Below are positions 23,914-36,777 of a DNA stretch of 64,000 nucleotides, piece by piece (the first letter of the stretch is position 1; every line of letters starts with the position of its first letter). The stretch comes from Gammaproteobacteria bacterium (GTDB lineage: Bacteria > Pseudomonadota > Gammaproteobacteria > GCA-002705445 > GCA-002716945), in the NCBI GenBank assembly GCA_038142325.1, contig JAYQJW010000002.1, positions 256,001-320,000 of the forward strand, written 5' to 3'. The translations under genes and the position numbers were made by a program. The notes below the pieces were generated by a model that saw only the letters and a program-made list of their open reading frames with translations, made no database searches and was not told the origin of the DNA.

Positions 23914-25525
23914 ATTTTATTAAACCTTTCGTTAATATTATAACTGGTATAAGACAAATCAAGATTAAAAATAACCCCGGAACACCCATGTATAACAGAT
24001 TTTCAGATTCTGATAATTCGTAAAGATATGTTGGCAGTGTATTAAAATTAAATGGTCTCAGTATTAGAGTTACAGGCAATTCTTTAAGTATATCGACTAA
24101 AACTAAAATTCCTGCAGTATATATACTTGGCAATAATATTGGTAAATGGACCTTGAATAGGGTTTGTAATCTAGTCAAGCCAAATCCTAAGGATACTAAG
24201 TCATAGCTTTTAGAAATTTTATTTAAGCCTGAATCAAATGTTTTGAGAGAAATTGTTGAGAATCTTATAAGATAAGCAGTGATCAACAAAATGAATGTAC
24301 CAGTAAAAATAGATCCCGGTTCAAGATTAAAAATGGTAGGTAATGTATTCTCAAGAAAGCTTATCGGCCCTATAACAGCAACCGCTAAAACCACTCCTGG
24401 AATTGCATATCCTACTGAAAGAACTTTTGACATGCTAACATTAAATAAACTCTTTTTGCTTCTTGTTAAATAAGCAACATTTATTGTAAAGGTTATTATC
24501 ACCAATGATGCTACTAATGCTACTGAAATACTTGATGTGAAATAAGATTAAAAATAAAATTTATATCAACCTCATTCAACGAATAAGCTGCCCAATATAA
24601 CAACTGCATTACAGGTATTATAAATCCTAATAAAATAACTAAAGTACAAAATGAGCTAAAGGCATAACTAAATTTTTTATCTACTTTATCTTTTTCCATT
24701 GGACTGATTTTGGTAACAGGATTATTAAATTTCCTAGCCCCTCTTTGTATATTGCTCAAAATAAATTATCAAAAATACCAATATCAAAAGCATTGATGAT
24801 AAATAAAAAGAGCTGTTTTCGTCACCAAGTACATACCAAGACCTAAAGATACCAGTTGCAAAAGTTGCTACCCCAAAATATTTTACTGTAGCGTATTCCG
24901 CAAGAGTTTCCATTATGACAAAACTTACCCCTGCTATAATTGCTGGTCTGATTATGGGCAATCCAATTTTTTTAAGTTTTTCATACTCACTTAACCCCAT
25001 TGACTCCCCAATTTCAAAAATACTTTTGCTATGAGTAGCTAGGGCAGGTAGACATAACAGGTAAACATATGGATAGAGACTTATACTTAAAATAAATATT
25101 GCACCATAAATATTCTTAACGTCATACAGGTCATATATATAACGACCAGAGTTATAAAAAAAGTCAAAAAAGTTAAATAATAAACCTGAGGTTTCATTCA
25201 AACCGGCGTATATATATCCATTTACATACGCAGGTATTGCCATGGGTAGTATGACTAGCCATTTAAATACATTTACCCCTGGAAAACTATACATGCTGAT
25301 TATCCACGCAAGCGTTACCCCAATAAATATAGTGATTGCAGCAACAGAAATAACAATAATTAAAGAGTTTTTTACGTAGTCGAATAGAAGATAATTCTTT
25401 ATATGTATCCAAGTATCACTTGTTTCAGCAAATATATTTATAAAAACATAAAATATAGGCACAATAAAAATTACTAAGAATACAGTGAGTATTAAAAAAT
25501 TGAGTCGCTCTAGATATTGATACAA
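23900..25525 (-). CDS. fbpB: Fe(III) ABC transporter permease, split into three ORFs by single-base indels (~24744, ~24541)
   Basis: LPMAIPAYV, LYPYVYL, METLAEY, GYAIPGVVLAV, KELPVTLILRPFNFNTL; frames rejoin with +1/-1 corrections. Confidence 0.9.
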
Positions 25526-25531
25526 GATTAT

Positions 25532-26554
25532 TTATTTCCAACCTGATTTATCAAAAATAATACCAGCCTTATCATTAAGGTTTCCGAGAGTTGATAGGTT
25601 CATTTTGTCCATTTTAAATGGATAGCCCCACGATTTAACAACATCAGAAATTTTTATGTTTTGCCTGATTGGATATTCATGATTTTTCTTTGCATATATC
25701 TCTTGTGCTTTATCACTTGCTAAAAATTCAATTAATTTTATTGCATTCTTGGTATTTCTTGAATGTTTAGTCACAAGAGCCCCGCTAATATTTATGTGAG
25801 ATCCTCTTCCATTTTGGTTCGGAAAAACTATTTTTATTTGTTTTGCATATTTCCTTTCACTTTCTTTGCTGGATGTCATCCATTTGCCAAGATAATAAGT
25901 ATTTGCAAGCGTTACATCACATTTACCTAAAACTACGGCAGTCATTTGAGATCTATCATTACCTTTAGGTTCTCTAGAAAAATTACTAACAACATCAGAC
26001 GACCATTTTTGAGCAAACTTCTCACCTTTATGATGTATCAGCGAACTCATGAGAGATTGATTATAAATATTACTTGATGATCTTATGCAAACCCTTCCTT
26101 TTAGTTTTGGTGAAGCTAAATCCTCATATTGTGATATTACTGTAGGATTAATTTTATTTGGATTATACATAATCACTCTTGAACGTATGGACAATCCATA
26201 CCAATGGTTTTCAATATCTCTTAGATGCGAGGGTATGAGCACATCAAGTTTTTCTGAATATATTTTTTTAGAAATTCCCTTAGTTTTTGCTAAATGTAGA
26301 TTTCCAGCATCTACGGTCAATAAAACATCTGCAGGACTAGATTTGCCTTCATCAATAATTTTCTTAATAAGCACTTTACTCTTTGCGCTTAAAATATTTA
26401 CCTTTATGCCAGTGTTATCTGTAAAAGTATCCATCAAAGGTTTTATCAGATACTCTTTTCTAGCAGAATAAACATTAACTTCATCCGCTACCGATTGATT
26501 AGGTGGCAGTAAAATTACAAGTAAACTAATTGTAAAAATATACTTAAAATTCAT
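25532..26554 (-). CDS. fbpA: Fe(III) ABC transporter periplasmic binding protein (FutA/FbpA type)
   Basis: Signal peptide, EVNVYSAR, SPADVLLTVDAGNL, RSSSNIYNQSL, ANTYY. Confidence 0.93.
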   Translation of the reverse strand: MNFKYIFTISLLVILLPPNQSVADEVNVYSARKEYLIKPLMDTFTDNTGIKVNILSAKSKVLIKKIIDEGKSSPADVLLTVDAGNLHLAKTKGISKKIYSEKLDVLIPSHLRDIENHWYGLSIRSRVIMYNPNKINPTVISQYEDLASPKLKGRVCIRSSSNIYNQSLMSSLIHHKGEKFAQKWSSDVVSNFSREPKGNDRSQMTAVVLGKCDVTLANTYYLGKWMTSSKESERKYAKQIKIVFPNQNGRGSHINISGALVTKHSRNTKNAIKLIEFLASDKAQEIYAKKNHEYPIRQNIKISDVVKSWGYPFKMDKMNLSTLGNLNDKAGIIFDKSGWK

Positions 26555-26568
26555 AAGATTACACTAAT

Positions 26569-26587
26569 AAGAATGATTATCATTATC
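26569..26587 (-). promoter_or_regulatory. Fur box upstream of fbpA
   Basis: Minus strand GATAATGATAATCATTCTT, 17/19 to GATAATGATAATCATTATC. Confidence 0.88.
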
Positions 26588-26711
26588 ACGAATTAAGTAA
26601 GTATTTTCAAGTAATTTAGTTGTCTAATGTTACCAATTCCATGTCTACAATTTCCCAATTATCAAATACATGATATAGTTTTCATCTATAACTCATAGCA
26701 AGGATTTTCAA

Positions 26712-27641
26712 ATGATAATGTCTGACCTGAAAGGTAAAATATGGATGGATGGTGAATTCATAGATTGGTCAGATGCTAAAGTACATATTCTAACTCATAC
26801 ACTTCACTATGGGACTGGTGTATTTGAAGGCGTAAGAGCATATGAGACAACTAGTGGCCCAGCAATATTTAGGCTTAATGATCATACTAAAAGACTTTAC
26901 TCATCTGCAGAACTTATTGGCATGGAAATACCGTTTAGTGAGAGTGAGCTTAACAAGGCTCAAACAGATGTTGTAATGATTAATAACTTAGATAATGCTT
27001 ATATAAGACCAATGTGTTTTTATGGATCTGAAGGAATGGGATTAAGAGCTGATAATTTAAAAGTTCATGCATGTATAGCTGCCTGGGATTGGGGTTCATA
27101 CCTTGGGGAAGACAAAATTAGAAACGGCATAAAAGTGAAGGTAACCGATTTCCCTAAAAGATCTGAAAAAAGCATGTTACATAAGGCAAAAGCTTCAGGT
27201 AACTATTTATACTCTATGTTAGCACTAAAAGATGCTCTCAACTCCGGATATGATGAAGCCCTAATACTTGATATCAATGAGAATGTAAACGAAGGGTCAG
27301 GTGAAAATTTTTTCATGATTAAAAACAATAAAATTTATACCCCCAAGGATGAAACAGTCTTAAACGGGATAACAAGACAGACAATTATGAAAATTGCTAC
27401 AGACTTAAATTATGAAGTGATTGAGAAAGATATATCTGTCAGCGAAGCTAAAGAATCTGATGAAGCTTTTTTTACTGGAACTGCTGCGGAGGTAACCCCT
27501 ATTATACAAATAGATGATGTCAAAATAAGCAATGGTACACCAGGCGATATCACAAAAAAAATACAAGAAATTTACTTCAATTTGATAAGAGGAAAAGTTC
27601 CAGAATATTCATATTGGTTAACACAAGTTAATAATGTTTAA
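26712..27641 (+). CDS. ilvE: Branched-chain amino acid aminotransferase
   Basis: HTLHYGTGVFEGVRAY, YIRP, KASGNY, EGSGEN, GITR, TGTAAEVTP. Confidence 0.97.
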   Translation: MIMSDLKGKIWMDGEFIDWSDAKVHILTHTLHYGTGVFEGVRAYETTSGPAIFRLNDHTKRLYSSAELIGMEIPFSESELNKAQTDVVMINNLDNAYIRPMCFYGSEGMGLRADNLKVHACIAAWDWGSYLGEDKIRNGIKVKVTDFPKRSEKSMLHKAKASGNYLYSMLALKDALNSGYDEALILDINENVNEGSGENFFMIKNNKIYTPKDETVLNGITRQTIMKIATDLNYEVIEKDISVSEAKESDEAFFTGTAAEVTPIIQIDDVKISNGTPGDITKKIQEIYFNLIRGKVPEYSYWLTQVNNV

Positions 27642-28563
27642 GAAAACAAAAATTCTAGTTATTGGAGATATCATGTTAGATAAATATAGCCATGGCTCTG
27701 TCAATAGAATATCTCCAGAAGCACCCGTACCAATTGTCGATATAAAAAAAACTATCTACAAACCTGGTGGAGCCTCAAATGTTGCTAAAAATCTATCTGC
27801 ATTAGGTTTACAGGTGACGCTGACAGGTATTACTGGAGATGATCCTGAATTAAAGGAACTAATTAAAGTTCTCAGACATACAAACATTAAGTTTGATCCA
27901 GTAAAGGATTTATCTATTAGAACAACTCTTAAATCTAGAATTATAGGAAATGATCAACATTTAATTAGACTTGATCATGAAGATAAAAATAAATCTAATA
28001 TGCAGGACATTTTACTTAAGAAAGCTCTAAAGCATGTTAGTTCTTCTGATTTAGTAATTTTATCAGATTATGATAAAGGTTCTGTTAAACCGATTGCAAA
28101 AGAAATTATCGAATATGCAAATACAAGAAACATCAAAGTAATTATTGATCCTAAAGGATCGGATTATTCTATGTATGAGGGTGCATTTTTGATAAAACCT
28201 AATGAACATGAATTCCAAATTGTGGCTGGTAAAGCTAATAACAAGAGAGATATGATAGCTAGAGGAAAACAACTCAAGAAGAAGCTTAATATTAATGCAT
28301 TATTATTAACTCTCGGTAAAAGCGGCATGATTCTATTTGACGATAGTAAAACAATAACTTTCCCGACTCTACAAAAAGAGGTTTATGATGTCACCGGTGC
28401 TGGGGATACAGTAATATCTGTTCTTGCAGCATCTATTTCATCAAATAAAACACTTAAAAAATCTTGTGAGCTAGCAAATATTGCGGCTGGACTATCAATT
28501 CAACACCTTGGTACAGTAAGTGTCAGCAAAGCAGACTTAAGTAATGCAATTAAAAAATCCTAA
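27634..28563 (+). CDS. rfaE1: D-glycero-beta-D-manno-heptose 7-phosphate kinase (HldE kinase domain)
   Basis: GDIMLDKY, RISPEAPVP, SDYDKG, IDPKG, DVTGAGDTV. Confidence 0.93.
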   Translation: MFKKTKILVIGDIMLDKYSHGSVNRISPEAPVPIVDIKKTIYKPGGASNVAKNLSALGLQVTLTGITGDDPELKELIKVLRHTNIKFDPVKDLSIRTTLKSRIIGNDQHLIRLDHEDKNKSNMQDILLKKALKHVSSSDLVILSDYDKGSVKPIAKEIIEYANTRNIKVIIDPKGSDYSMYEGAFLIKPNEHEFQIVAGKANNKRDMIARGKQLKKKLNINALLLTLGKSGMILFDDSKTITFPTLQKEVYDVTGAGDTVISVLAASISSNKTLKKSCELANIAAGLSIQHLGTVSVSKADLSNAIKKS

Positions 28564-29038
28564 ACTTATTAATAATCTAAACGATCTAGAGAAAATTGTT
28601 CAGCGTGATCAGAGTAATAATAAGCAAATTGTTTTTACTAATGGCTGCTTTGATATAATCCATCCTGGCCATATCTATATATTGGAGCAAGCAAAATCAA
28701 AAGGAGATATCCTTTTAGTAGGGCTTAATTCAGATAAATCTGTCCAAAGACTAAAATCATCTTTAAGACCTGTATGTTCTCAGTTTGATAGAGCTTATGT
28801 CCTATCTGGATTATCAACAGTCGATTATATCTTCATATTTGATGAGGATACGCCAGAAAAGCTCATTCAAACGATTTGTCCTGATGTTCTTGTCAAAGGT
28901 AAAGACTATATTGGTAAATTTATAGCCGGGGAAGATTTTATGCTTAGAAATAATAAAAGAGTAGAGCTTGTAGATATGATAGATAGTAAATCTACATCAA
29001 GCATTATAGATAAAATTGCTAAAGAAAATCCTTCATAA
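28544..29038 (+). CDS. rfaE2: D-glycero-beta-D-manno-heptose 1-phosphate adenylyltransferase (HldE C-terminal domain)
   Basis: FTNGCFDIIHPGH, GLNSDKSV, FDEDTP, PDVLVKGKDY, STSSII. Confidence 0.93.
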   Translation: MQLKNPKLINNLNDLEKIVQRDQSNNKQIVFTNGCFDIIHPGHIYILEQAKSKGDILLVGLNSDKSVQRLKSSLRPVCSQFDRAYVLSGLSTVDYIFIFDEDTPEKLIQTICPDVLVKGKDYIGKFIAGEDFMLRNNKRVELVDMIDSKSTSSIIDKIAKENPS

Positions 29039-30038
29039 CTTTTTTAATCTGTGCTTTAACATCATCTATCTTGATTAATTTCATTGCTTCACGATTTCTG
29101 ACTCTCTCTCCCCATTTAACATTTTCTATTTTTTTGTCTAAGAATGTTTCTAAAGCTTGAGGATATTTATTGATTGTATATTCAAGTTTGCAATAAGGTC
29201 CTGTTCTAAGAGGGTTTGATGTTGCATACAATCCAATTACTGGTAGATCTATCATTCTAGCCATATGTAATGTTCCTGAATCAGGTCCAATATAAAATTG
29301 ACTTTTATTAAGTATAGACAACATTTCAAGTAGTGAAGTTTTATTAATCAAATTAATTATTGATTGATTATTATCAAGTGCACTTTCTATTTGATTAGAC
29401 TTTTCTTGACTGGTTTTACCGAGCAACACAGTATTTAATGAATACTCATTTTTGCAATATTCTGATAACGTTAGAAAATTATCAAAATCCCATTCCCTGA
29501 AATTGTTGTTTCTGATACTCGTGAAAGGATTAATAGCAATAAATGGTACACTTTCATTTAAAATTTTATTTATTAAATTATTTTTATCATTAGATAAGAG
29601 TTCATCAATTTTCCAATCTAAAAACTTATCTTTGATATTAATCTTTTCTAGAAATTTAAAAAAATGATCTAATACATGATTAGCATCTGTTTCAATTTCA
29701 TTAAAAGTAACATCTATTCTACCTTTAATAATATTAGCAATTAATTTTGATCTTAAGGATTTTTGCATATGAAACACTACATCAAAGTTCTGATCTTTAA
29801 AATAACTTCGTAATTTCATAATAGAATTAATTGTGTCATTTTTATCAATCACAACAAAATTTATATTACTTAGATTTTTTACAAGTTCATATTCAACTTT
29901 CCCTATAACCCAAGTTATAGTTGGATCCTTATATTTCTTTTGAAGAGTAGATATTATTGGAATTACATGTGTCACATCTCCAATAGAAGATAATCTTAGA
30001 ATACAGATTGATATTGATGTATTATTTTCATTAACCAT
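29019..30038 (-). CDS. GT9 family LPS heptosyltransferase (WaaC/OpsX-like)
   Basis: ILRLSSIGDVTH, GPDSGTLHMA, GLYATSNPLRTGPY. Confidence 0.9.
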   Translation of the reverse strand: MVNENNTSISICILRLSSIGDVTHVIPIISTLQKKYKDPTITWVIGKVEYELVKNLSNINFVVIDKNDTINSIMKLRSYFKDQNFDVVFHMQKSLRSKLIANIIKGRIDVTFNEIETDANHVLDHFFKFLEKINIKDKFLDWKIDELLSNDKNNLINKILNESVPFIAINPFTSIRNNNFREWDFDNFLTLSEYCKNEYSLNTVLLGKTSQEKSNQIESALDNNQSIINLINKTSLLEMLSILNKSQFYIGPDSGTLHMARMIDLPVIGLYATSNPLRTGPYCKLEYTINKYPQALETFLDKKIENVKWGERVRNREAMKLIKIDDVKAQIKKVMKDFL

Positions 30039-30764
30039 ATGATAAAAACAAAGTTCGGGTCAATTGTCTCACATAAATTTAATAATCAGTATATCTGTTA
30101 CAGTTCATCTATCCAACCTATACTTAAAGAGAGAATTTTATCAGCAAATGATTCTGATGAATTTAGATTATCTAACAACTCCAATTTTCTTGACTTAAAT
30201 AATGGATTTATTAAAAAACATTTCTGGAGAAAAGGCGCTATGTCATTTTTAAATGACAACTATTTTTTTTATGGCTTAAAGCAAACGCGCCCTGTAAGAG
30301 AACTTATAAATTACATTGATTATTCATACATTATCAGCAGCTCTAAGAGTGATACTGTGAATAGAATTGAAGCATGCAGCCCAGTATTTTCTTGTATTAA
30401 AAAAACATATTTATTTTATAGTGGTGATATCGTATTGTCTAAAATAAAAGGGGATACTATTGATAAAGTGCTTAATGAAGGTTATTGCGATGAGGAGTTC
30501 GTTAATAGCTTAGCACTATGTTTTCAATTTTTATTTAGTAATGGCGTGTACAATTCAGACATGAATCTAAAAAATATTTTATTTAACAAAACTACTGGTA
30601 AATTCTCTTTTATAGATTTTGACAAATTAAAAATTAATCTAAATAAGAAAAATAATAAATCACTAACTCTGGGGGTGGTGAGTAAATTTGAGAAATCTAT
30701 ACAAAAACATAATTTATTAAATAGCTTCGATATTAAAAAGTTTAAGAAAAATCTTATGATTTAA
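30039..30764 (+). CDS. Kdo kinase-like (KdkA family) LPS kinase
   Basis: KHFWRKG, TRPVREL, SDMNLKNIL, IDFDK; flanked by GT9 and waaA. Confidence 0.75.
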   Translation: MIKTKFGSIVSHKFNNQYICYSSSIQPILKERILSANDSDEFRLSNNSNFLDLNNGFIKKHFWRKGAMSFLNDNYFFYGLKQTRPVRELINYIDYSYIISSSKSDTVNRIEACSPVFSCIKKTYLFYSGDIVLSKIKGDTIDKVLNEGYCDEEFVNSLALCFQFLFSNGVYNSDMNLKNILFNKTTGKFSFIDFDKLKINLNKKNNKSLTLGVVSKFEKSIQKHNLLNSFDIKKFKKNLMI

Positions 30765-31979
30765 TATGCTGTTCTATCTTAGACATATAATCATTGATAA
30801 TGGAGGTTTTAGATAAAGCTAAATCTCTCGCATTTTTTTCAAAAATTACTCGTTTGGATTTTGACCTGAATAATTTTTCAAAAATGTTTTTAAGCATTTC
30901 TGGCTTCTGACACATTATTAATGCATTATTTTTCAAGAACTCTTCAGTTTCTTCAATAAAATTATACATAAAAGGTCCAACAATTATTGCTTTAGAATGG
31001 ATAGCGGCTTCAATAAATGAATGACCACCTACGTCAACAAATGATCCTCCAAAAATAGTAAATTCAGAGTATTTAATTAAATTATCCATCTCACCCACTG
31101 TATCAGCTATATATATTTGTGTGGAATTTCTAACCTTTTCATTCTTGCTTCTTATCGCAATGTTTATTCCAGATAATGGAATATCGGATAATATATCACC
31201 AAGCCTATCAGGATGCCTCGGCGCAATAACTAAAAGATATTTATTAGATTTTAGTTTCAACCATTCCTTAATTATTATAATTTCTTCTCTATGATGTGAA
31301 GATGCTAAGAGGACATATTTCTTATCAATCAATTTCTGGGAAACATTATCCTCACTTATAAGAGAGTGCTTGATATTACCTACAGTGCTTATCTTTGATT
31401 CATCAATATATTTCAAAAATGACTTCATATCATTATCTGATTTGCAGTAAATATGATCTACTTTATTGAGAGTATCTTTATAAAGACCTTTAGACACTAT
31501 GCCTAATAATCCAGTCGGTGGATTAAATCTTGCATTTATTGTGATAATGTTTGTCTTATTTTTTTTACAATGGTTATAAAGATTTGGCCAAATTTCTGTC
31601 TCTACAACGATGAGTAAATTTGCTGACAACGAACTAATAAATCTTTTTGTGGCAAAATAAAAATCAAAAGGAAGATAACAATGATCAACATGACTGAGTT
31701 TGGATTCATCAAAAACATATTTAGATGATGGTGTATTTGATGTAATTATGATGCTTTTATCATCCTTTGCAGCCAGACGTTGTGCTACTTTAACTAGCTA
31801 TCTTCATTTCTCCTAACGAAGCAGCATGTATCCAAATTGAATATTTTTTGGACAGCCTTGTCCCAAATATTTTATGAGAAAGATATTTTAATTTGACAGA
31901 ATTTTTTAAGTGAATAAAAAAATAATTTGATGAGTATGAATGGTGAAATTAAATATAAGAATAGATTATATCTAAACAT
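30754..31979 (-). CDS. waaA: Kdo transferase, with a +1 indel near 31795
   Basis: Upstream frame WIHAASLGE, then YLPFD, ETEIWPNL, APRHPDR, DTVGEM, GGSFVDVGGHS; start ATG overlaps tolC stop. Confidence 0.92.
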
Positions 31980-33286
31980 TACCAAACAAGATAAGTATTC
32001 ACTTTCCTTAGTGAAGACATATCTAACTCATTCAGAAGGTATTTGATAGTCATCTCGCTAAAAACATAATCCATCATAACGTTCTTAGCATCTGATAATG
32101 ATTCGAGATACATTGTCTTAGTTTCAAGGACTTGAGTATCTGAGTATATTCCTTTATCAAAGCCAAGTTGTGCGTTTTCATATTTTTTAAGATTAGTTTT
32201 TAGTATCTGAAGCGCAGTATGATATTGTTTTTTGCTTAAGTTATATCTATTCAAATTATCAATTATGTCTTTTCGAACCGTTCTCTTAGAGTTCTTATGC
32301 TCCAGACGAGCCTTTTCATAATTCATCCTTGCTTCTTTAATCTTGGATGATTGATAACCCCCTTTGAAGATAGGAAAATTTAAAACTATTGATAATGTAG
32401 AATCCTCTCTAGTAGTAGCACCGAACTGAGAACCGCCTTGTGTAAGATCTAAATAGTCATACTCAGCTACTAAATCAATTGTTGGATAGTGACGAGATTT
32501 TTGGGATGCAATTTCATTCCTATTGATATTAATATTTTCTCTAGACATATTAACCATGAAGTTTCTAGAGTATGCCTTGCTTAAGAGTTGATCCAAAACA
32601 TATTCCCGATGATTAATTTTAGTAAGCTTTATATCATTAATATCATTTAATTCTTTACCTGAAAAAATAAAAACTTCATTTTTTATTTCAGTAAGACTGT
32701 TTTCACTTAAAGACACATCATTCTGTGATATTTCAAAATTGTTTCTAATTTTTTGAAAATCTTCAAGCGTAATGCTTCCATTTCGAAATAACTTCTCTGA
32801 TGCATTGTATTTTGATTTATTGAGATCTCTCTTAGCTTGATTCAGCTCTACTAAATTTTTGTATTTGATAAGATTAAAATAATTTCTTACTGATTCCAAA
32901 ATTAATATAGAACTTGCATTATCTTTGCTTATTTCACTTTGCTTTATAGAATTTTTTGCCTTTTTTATTTCATCAAAAACATAAAGATGAATCAGAGGTT
33001 GTCTGATTGTGAGATTATACGTATCTCTATCATAATCTGCTGGATCAAAAGAACCTGAGGATTCATATCTTTCAATTGTCGTTTCACTAGCTTGTGCTCT
33101 AAAGTCAACTTCCGGATATACGGATGATCTTGTTTGTTTTAACGACTCATTAGCTATATTTAGATCAATTGTATTGTTCAATATATTAATATTATGTTGT
33201 CTTGCACGATCGTATAGATCAATGAGATCAGTTGCATGAACATCAATTACGAATATAGCTAGTAATAAAAATATTTTTTTCATCAA
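31979..33286 (-). CDS. tolC: TolC family outer membrane channel
   Basis: Signal peptide, YPEVDF, IRQPL, HYPTIDL, FPIFKGG; tolC-waaA order. Confidence 0.9.
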   Translation of the reverse strand: MMKKIFLLLAIFVIDVHATDLIDLYDRARQHNINILNNTIDLNIANESLKQTRSSVYPEVDFRAQASETTIERYESSGSFDPADYDRDTYNLTIRQPLIHLYVFDEIKKAKNSIKQSEISKDNASSILILESVRNYFNLIKYKNLVELNQAKRDLNKSKYNASEKLFRNGSITLEDFQKIRNNFEISQNDVSLSENSLTEIKNEVFIFSGKELNDINDIKLTKINHREYVLDQLLSKAYSRNFMVNMSRENININRNEIASQKSRHYPTIDLVAEYDYLDLTQGGSQFGATTREDSTLSIVLNFPIFKGGYQSSKIKEARMNYEKARLEHKNSKRTVRKDIIDNLNRYNLSKKQYHTALQILKTNLKKYENAQLGFDKGIYSDTQVLETKTMYLESLSDAKNVMMDYVFSEMTIKYLLNELDMSSLRKVNTYLVW

Positions 33287-33600
33287 TACTTTTCCATTGT
33301 GGGATCAACATCATCAGACCATTTTGCAATTCCACCAGTTAGATTATACAAATTTTTTACACCATTTTGTTCAAGAAAAATAGCAACAGTTCTGCTTCTA
33401 ATTCCATGATGACAGACAATAACATATTCATTACTATCATTAAATAAGTTGATTGAATCTGGAATTTTACCCATGGGTATATGTGTACTGTTTTCAATAT
33501 GACATTTGTCAAATTCCCATTCTTCACGTACATCTATCAGCTTAATAACTGGATTTGAATCCATCATTTTTTTTATTTCTACAGGTGATTTTTCTTGCAT
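33283..33600 (-). CDS. Rhodanese-like sulfurtransferase
   Basis: LIDVREEWE, CHHGIRS, NLTGGIAKW. Confidence 0.93.
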   Translation of the reverse strand: MQEKSPVEIKKMMDSNPVIKLIDVREEWEFDKCHIENSTHIPMGKIPDSINLFNDSNEYVIVCHHGIRSRTVAIFLEQNGVKNLYNLTGGIAKWSDDVDPTMEKY

Positions 33601-33735
33601 TATTTACCTACTTACCATTAGTTTTGTGATGTTACTATATTTTATGTTTCTGTGTAACTATTTCTTGTTTATTCAAGCATAATTACATCTGTTAACATCA
33701 TTGTTGAGCTGTTTGTGTTAATATAATTCTATTAG

Positions 33736-35442
<1,707 letters not shown>

Positions 35443-36720
35443 TTATTTTTGTGAGGCCATAAGTGCTTGGTCAAGGTCATCTAATATATCATCAATATTT
35501 TCTAATCCAATTGATAGTCTAACGAGATCTTCAGGAACACCTGCGGCTTTAAGCTCATCTTTAGATAATTGTCTATGTGTTGTACTTGCAGGATGACAAG
35601 CAAGTGATTTTGCATCGCCAATATTAACTAGTCTAGTAATAAGTTTAAGGTTATCAATAAACAAACCTCCTTTTTTCATGCCGCCCTTAATACCAAAACT
35701 TAGAACACTAGATGCTCTGCCGTTCATTAATTTTTTAGTGAGCTCATATTCATTGTGTGATTCAAGTCCAGGATAATTAACCCAAGTTACACATTTATGA
35801 TTCTCTAAAAATTCTGAAACTTTAGTAGCATTTTCACAGTGTCTATCCATTCTCACTGGAAGTGATTCAATGCCTTGAAGAATCATAAAACTATTAAATG
35901 GTGATATTGCTGCACCCATATTTCTAAGCGGTACAACTCGAGCTGCACCAATAAATGCCGCATCACCCATAGCTTCTGTAAATACTACGCCATGATAAGA
36001 CATGTCGGGCGTATTTAGTCTTTTGAATTTGTTTTTATGTTTTGCCCAAGGAAATTTTCCAGAGTCAACTATTATTCCTCCTATGGTTGTACCATGTCCA
36101 CCCATGTATTTTGTCAATGAGTGTACAACTATGTCTGCACCATGCTCGATAGGTCTGAATAAATATGGTGATGGAACGGTATTATCTACTATAAGCGGAA
36201 TGTTATGTTTATGTGCAACACGTGCGATCTCAGGAATATCGACAACATTAGCAGCTAGGTTCCCAATTGATTCACAAAATATTGCCTTTGTTTTTTTGTC
36301 TATTAATTTCTCAAGACTTGGAATATCGTTGTAATCCCCAAATTTAACATCTACACCAAATCTTGGTAGTTGATGTGCAAAAAGAGTGTAGGTCCCTCCG
36401 TATAAGGTGCTGGTACTAATAATATTGTCGCCAGCTTCACAGATAGTCATGATGGCATATGTTGTAGCAGCAGATCCAGAAGCCAGTGCGAGCGCTCCTA
36501 TCCCGCCTTCCATAGCTGCAACTCTCTTTTCTAATACATCAGAAGTAGGGTTCATTATTCTGGTATATATATTACCTGCAACTTTGAGGTCAAATAAATC
36601 TGCACCATGCTGAGTATCATCAAAAGAGTAAGATGTTGTCTGATAAATAGGTACCGCTACAGTTTTTGTAGTTGGCTCCGGTGTATATCCACCATGGATT
36701 GCTATAGTCTCAAATTTCAT
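35443..36720 (-). CDS. metY: O-acetylhomoserine sulfhydrylase (start at MKFETIAIH)
   Basis: VPIYQTTSY, YTRIMNPT, HSLTKYMGGHG, NIGDAKSL, HPASTTH. Confidence 0.93.
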   Translation of the reverse strand: MKFETIAIHGGYTPEPTTKTVAVPIYQTTSYSFDDTQHGADLFDLKVAGNIYTRIMNPTSDVLEKRVAAMEGGIGALALASGSAATTYAIMTICEAGDNIISTSTLYGGTYTLFAHQLPRFGVDVKFGDYNDIPSLEKLIDKKTKAIFCESIGNLAANVVDIPEIARVAHKHNIPLIVDNTVPSPYLFRPIEHGADIVVHSLTKYMGGHGTTIGGIIVDSGKFPWAKHKNKFKRLNTPDMSYHGVVFTEAMGDAAFIGAARVVPLRNMGAAISPFNSFMILQGIESLPVRMDRHCENATKVSEFLENHKCVTWVNYPGLESHNEYELTKKLMNGRASSVLSFGIKGGMKKGGLFIDNLKLITRLVNIGDAKSLACHPASTTHRQLSKDELKAAGVPEDLVRLSIGLENIDDILDDLDQALMASQK

Positions 36721-36777
36721 TGTTGAACCCCTTAAGTATTTTTTTTCTATAAGTTTATAAGATAAAAGCATGATTAT

